A program made the position numbers and the translations under genes. From NCBI GenBank assembly GCA_027459745.1, contig DAIDHL010000001.1, forward strand, positions 77,828 through 141,827: a DNA stretch of 64,000 bases, given 5' to 3'. This document shows, piece by piece, positions 60,079 through 64,000 of the stretch. This stretch comes from Candidatus Levyibacteriota bacterium (GTDB lineage Bacteria; Patescibacteriota; Microgenomatia; Levybacterales; UBA12049). A model generated the notes under the pieces. The model searched no databases. It was not told the origin of the DNA and was given only the letters and a program-made list of their open reading frames with translations. Position 1 is the first letter of the stretch. Every line of letters starts with the position of its first letter.

Positions 60079-62259
60079 ATGACCCCCCAAATATCAATTA
60101 TAATCGTACATTATAAAGTAAAGAAACTTGTTTTTGATTGCGTTTGGTCGATTTTAAAAGTCAAATCAAACGTTAAATATGAGATTATTGTAGTTGATAA
60201 TGATGAAAAAAAAGAGATATACCCTGAGCTTATTAAAAAGTTTCCTCTTGTGGTGTATATAAAAAGTCCAGGTAACATTGGATATGGTGCAGGGATGAAT
60301 CTGGGAGCGAAGTATGCAAAAGGTAAATATTTATATATTCTGAACTCCGACACTGTGATTTTGCCTGGTTCTTTAGACAATCTAGTCAATTTTTTAGATA
60401 AACATGATGATTATGCTATTGCTGCGCCACAATTACTAGATAAAAAACACCATGTTTACGAGTTGCAAGGGGTCAGGAGGCTAACCTTTTTAAGGGCAAT
60501 CTTTGCATTGACTTTTATAAACAAATTTTTACCTAATAATTTGATTGCTAAAAATTATTGGATGAAAAAGTGGGATAAAAAACAAATTAAAAATGTTGAT
60601 GTAGTGCCAGGAACGGCTTTCGTTATAAAAAAAGATATTTATGAGAAAACAGGAGGATTTGATGAAAATTTCTTTTTATATTTTGAAGAATTTGATTTAT
60701 GTAACCGTGTAAAAGATTTAGGCTATAAAATAGGGATAATTCCAAGTAGTAAGATAATACATTTATGGGGACAATCTACTAAGCTTAATAAGCAAGTTAA
60801 TAAAATATTCATTCAAAGCAGAAGATATTATTTTAGTAAATATTACGGTAGGTTTTTATCCTGGATTTTAGAGAAAATATTAAACTTTTCCTTAGTTCAA
60901 ACAGAGATATTGCTCATTTTACTAATCGTAATTGGAATAAGAGTCTACAATTTACCTAAAACAACGTTTTTTATAGGTGATCAGGCATGGTTCTATTTAT
61001 CTGCAAGAGATTTATTAATCTCCCATATTATTCCATTAGTTGGGATCACCTCAAGTCATGTTTGGTTGCATCAAGGACCATTGTGGACTTATATCTTAGC
61101 GATTGGATTATTATTTTCTAATTTTAATCCTTTATCAGGGGCGGTGATATCTCTAATTACCGCTGTCGCAACAACATATTTACTATATAAGATAGGCAAA
61201 TGTTTTGTTAGTAATACTGTTGGAATTTTTGCAGCTTTATTCTATGCTATCTCGCCTTTAGCAATCATGTTTGATCGTATGCCATATCATACTACATTAA
61301 TTCCCTTGTCAGTAGCATTATTTGTTTGGTGTACTCTTAATTGGCTAAACAATAAAATTAATTACTTTCCCTGGGTTATATTTATGCTGGCTATTTTATA
61401 TAATTTAGAAATTTCAACCAGTTTATTTTTTATGGTGATAGGTTTTTTGATGTTTTACGGCTATAGAAAAAGAATGATTTGGTGGATAGGTTTAAACAAT
61501 GAAAGAATAAAAATTAAATCACTAATCCTGTTTATTATTCCTATGTCACCGATGTTGATTTACGATTTTGGACATGGTTTTCCTCAGACATTTGGTTATC
61601 TGGCTTGGGTCGTTTATAAAGTTAGTCAGATATTTAGCTTGCATCATTCAAGGAATATTATCAATTCTATAGAATTTCTTGTACGTTCTTATTACCAAAC
61701 AGTATTCCCAACCTATAGCTTAATAGGAGAGGCAATAGGATTGTTTAGTTTGATTTATTTAATTTATCTAGCTTATAGACAAAAAAGCATATTTTTAATT
61801 GTTAATTTATTTATTCTAACCACTTTAGTTCTTGGTTTTATCAGCGGAGGGGTCAATTCTGAAGCGTACTTGCCGATGTTTTTACCTATCATTTTTTTAA
61901 TAGAAGCATATTTATTTTTTAATGTAGGTTTACTAAATAAATATGTTAAACCAGTTTTATTTGTAATAATGATAGTTATAGCAATATTTAACATTAAGGC
62001 ATCCTTTACAGAAGTGCCATTTTATCCTGTAATTTCCTATGCGAATAGGTTGCAAGCTGCTAAGGAGATTATCAGGCAAACAGAGAACAGTAGTTATAGT
62101 TTAATAGGGACAGGCGAGGGAAGTCAGTTTGCTTCTTTTACAATGAACATGCAATATTTGACTTGGTGGCTAGGTAAGCCTGAAGAACCGCAAAATGCTA
62201 AAATAGAATTTATAATTAATGAGAATCACACATTAAATGTTACTAAGGTGATAAAATAA
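60079..62259 (+). CDS. GT2 (WbbL-like) fused to a GT-C membrane domain
   Basis: LNSD, GGFDENFFLYFEEFD, then FIGDQAW...HQGPLW and many TM. Confidence 0.82.
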   Translation: MTPQISIIIVHYKVKKLVFDCVWSILKVKSNVKYEIIVVDNDEKKEIYPELIKKFPLVVYIKSPGNIGYGAGMNLGAKYAKGKYLYILNSDTVILPGSLDNLVNFLDKHDDYAIAAPQLLDKKHHVYELQGVRRLTFLRAIFALTFINKFLPNNLIAKNYWMKKWDKKQIKNVDVVPGTAFVIKKDIYEKTGGFDENFFLYFEEFDLCNRVKDLGYKIGIIPSSKIIHLWGQSTKLNKQVNKIFIQSRRYYFSKYYGRFLSWILEKILNFSLVQTEILLILLIVIGIRVYNLPKTTFFIGDQAWFYLSARDLLISHIIPLVGITSSHVWLHQGPLWTYILAIGLLFSNFNPLSGAVISLITAVATTYLLYKIGKCFVSNTVGIFAALFYAISPLAIMFDRMPYHTTLIPLSVALFVWCTLNWLNNKINYFPWVIFMLAILYNLEISTSLFFMVIGFLMFYGYRKRMIWWIGLNNERIKIKSLILFIIPMSPMLIYDFGHGFPQTFGYLAWVVYKVSQIFSLHHSRNIINSIEFLVRSYYQTVFPTYSLIGEAIGLFSLIYLIYLAYRQKSIFLIVNLFILTTLVLGFISGGVNSEAYLPMFLPIIFLIEAYLFFNVGLLNKYVKPVLFVIMIVIAIFNIKASFTEVPFYPVISYANRLQAAKEIIRQTENSSYSLIGTGEGSQFASFTMNMQYLTWWLGKPEEPQNAKIEFIINENHTLNVTKVIK

Positions 62260-62263
62260 GACT

Positions 62264-63019
62264 ATGCAACAAGGTATTAGTGCAATCGTTTTAACTAAAA
62301 ATGAAGAAAAAACGCTTAAAAAATGCCTTGATTCAATCAAGTGGTGTGATGAGGTAATAGTGATTGATGATTTTTCAACTGATAATACTGTCAAAATTGC
62401 CAAGGAATTTAATACAAAAATATTCCAGCACGCATTAAATAAAAATTTCTCTCAGCAAAGAAATTTCGCTCTTACACAAGCGAATAATAACTGGGTATTT
62501 TTTGTTGATGCGGATGAAGAAGTGACATTATCCTTGCAATATGAAATAACTAATCAGATTAATAATCAATTTCAAGCTTTTGACGGGTATTATATAAAAA
62601 GAGTCGACGAAATGTGGCATAGAAAACTAAATTATGGTGAAGTAGGAAATGTTTTTATTCTTAGATTAGCTAAGAAAGATGCAGGCATATGGCATGGAAA
62701 AGTACATGAAGTTTGGAAAATAAAAGGAAAGACAAAAAAATTAGCAAATATCTTATTGCATTATCCTCACCCTACCATAAGTAGTTTTTTGTCAGAAGTA
62801 AATTATTATTCAAATCTGAGATCTGATGAATTAATTGATAAAAAAAAGAAAATATCTGCTTGGCAAATTATTACTTATCCCATCGGCAAATTTGTCTTTA
62901 ATTATATTTTAAAACTTGGCTTTCTAGACGGAATACCAGGACTAATTATTGCGATCATGATGAGCTTTCATTCTTATTTAGTACGAAGTAAAACATGGTT
63001 AAGGTATGAAAATAAATAA
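62264..63019 (+). CDS. Glycosyltransferase family 2 (KdtX/LgtF-like)
   Basis: LTKNEE, DDFSTD, QRNFAL, VDADE, VHE, GFLDG. Confidence 0.9.
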   Translation: MQQGISAIVLTKNEEKTLKKCLDSIKWCDEVIVIDDFSTDNTVKIAKEFNTKIFQHALNKNFSQQRNFALTQANNNWVFFVDADEEVTLSLQYEITNQINNQFQAFDGYYIKRVDEMWHRKLNYGEVGNVFILRLAKKDAGIWHGKVHEVWKIKGKTKKLANILLHYPHPTISSFLSEVNYYSNLRSDELIDKKKKISAWQIITYPIGKFVFNYILKLGFLDGIPGLIIAIMMSFHSYLVRSKTWLRYENK

Positions 63020-63140
63020 ATATAACAGGATCATTTTTTTTATTGGACTTGCCTTATGGACTCTTTTTTGTCTAAGTTTATATTACATAAATTTATTTGA
63101 AAGAGTTAAGAATCTCAGTATCGTTTTAAAACATATTTAA
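63006..63140 (+). CDS. Small single-TM protein (44 aa)
   Basis: MKINKYNRIIFFIGLALWTLFCLSLYY...; overlaps the upstream stop. Confidence 0.4.
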   Translation: MKINKYNRIIFFIGLALWTLFCLSLYYINLFERVKNLSIVLKHI

Positions 63141-63150
63141 CTCCTTAAAA

Positions 63151-64000
63151 ATGATCTTATTTGCATTATTACTTGGCTTATTTGCCGAACTTATTTTTTT
63201 ATTAGGTATTGTACATTTATATTATTTGCTATACATTGCATTATTGACCTCTATATATTGGGTAACTGCGTTTTATTTTCTTTACTCGAGGAAGAAGCAA
63301 GCAGCTTTGTTATTAAATAACTCTTATAAAAAATTTTCCAAATTTGAGCTATTTTTATGTTTAAGTCTTAGTATATTAGCACTAGTTAACCTGTTAGGAG
63401 CATTATCTCCGGATCTTGCTTTTGATGCATTATGGTATCATTTGACTTTGCCCAAGTTATATTTAATGCACCACGGAATTTGGCATATACCGGGTGGTCT
63501 TTTGTATTACAGTGACATGCCCAAATTAGGAGAATTATTATATGTCGTAACATTAAGCTTAGGTAATGAAATTATAGGTAATTTAGTGCAGTTCTTTGCT
63601 GGAATATTTGTAAGTGTAGCAATTTTTAAAATTGCCAATAAGTATCTAAACAGAACATATTCCTTATTGGCTGTTATCATTTTTTATTCTAATTTAGCAG
63701 TTGCATGGGAATCAACTACTGCTTATGTTGATCTGATCAGGGGAATATTTGAAGTAACGGCACTTTGGTCGTTTATTATTTTTAGTGAAAAAGGTAAAAC
63801 AAAATATTTACTAATCACATTTTCACTAATTGGTTTTGCCATAATGTCTAAATTAATTGCTTTGGGAACTTTAATTATTTTTCTTGCTCTATATTTATAT
63901 TTAGACTCAAAAAACAAACATAAAATATTAATGTCAGTCTTCCTCCTATTTATTAGTTTACTCCCTTCACTACCATGGTTTATTTTTTCATATATACATA
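63151..64000 (+). CDS. GT-C-like membrane protein (runs off the window)
   Basis: Open frame MILFALLLG...FDALWYHLTLPKLY...YYSDMPKLGE...TAYVD. Confidence 0.75.
   Translation, partial: MILFALLLGLFAELIFLLGIVHLYYLLYIALLTSIYWVTAFYFLYSRKKQAALLLNNSYKKFSKFELFLCLSLSILALVNLLGALSPDLAFDALWYHLTLPKLYLMHHGIWHIPGGLLYYSDMPKLGELLYVVTLSLGNEIIGNLVQFFAGIFVSVAIFKIANKYLNRTYSLLAVIIFYSNLAVAWESTTAYVDLIRGIFEVTALWSFIIFSEKGKTKYLLITFSLIGFAIMSKLIALGTLIIFLALYLYLDSKNKHKILMSVFLLFISLLPSLPWFIFSYIH

Noticed and set aside
2370-63917. Many antisense or nested ORFs in the track (e.g. 2370-2765, 6491-7015, 7291-7593, 18247-18456, 58827-59240, 63723-63917)
   Set aside because: Shadows of well-supported genes on the other strand or frame, with no motifs of their own
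1-64000. CRISPR array, integrase, transposase, prophage or rRNA
   Set aside because: No regularly spaced repeats or recognisable mobile-element or rRNA sequence seen
1-64000. Alternative genetic code (TGA = Gly, as in Gracilibacteria/SR1)
   Set aside because: Conserved genes are full length under the standard code and several end in TGA

Overview
AT-rich bacterial chromosome segment using the standard code (TGA = stop). It most likely comes from a Patescibacteria/CPR genome (Microgenomates-like; my inference from the reduced dcw cluster, split PolA, type-2 IleRS, archaeal-type PEP carboxylase and pervasive leaderless genes). Layout: (1) 1-8.3 kb glmS-mraY-ftsW-murG-ftsQ-like-ftsA-ftsZ. (2) An atypical tRNA-Cys sitting 4 nt upstream of an isonitrile-synthase(PvcA/Dit1)-like ORF. 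(3) A ~35 kb accessory region with a GH8 glucanase, PolA polymerase domain, large surface proteins, many nucleotide hydrolases, a general-stress cluster (LigD-PE, MscS, KGG, DUF6496), a HepT relic, a PadR operon, ppcA and an F420 cluster (LLM-cofE-cofD-LLM). (4) ileS, rodA, rplU, rpmA, parB, lepB, tRNA-Val. (5) 53-64 kb surface glycosylation locus. Best candidates for undescribed systems: the tRNA-Cys/PvcA-like unit and the apparently incomplete F420 pathway in a CPR-like genome. All assignments come from motif recognition by eye; no searches were run. Several starts were moved from the ORF track using promoter/SD context.
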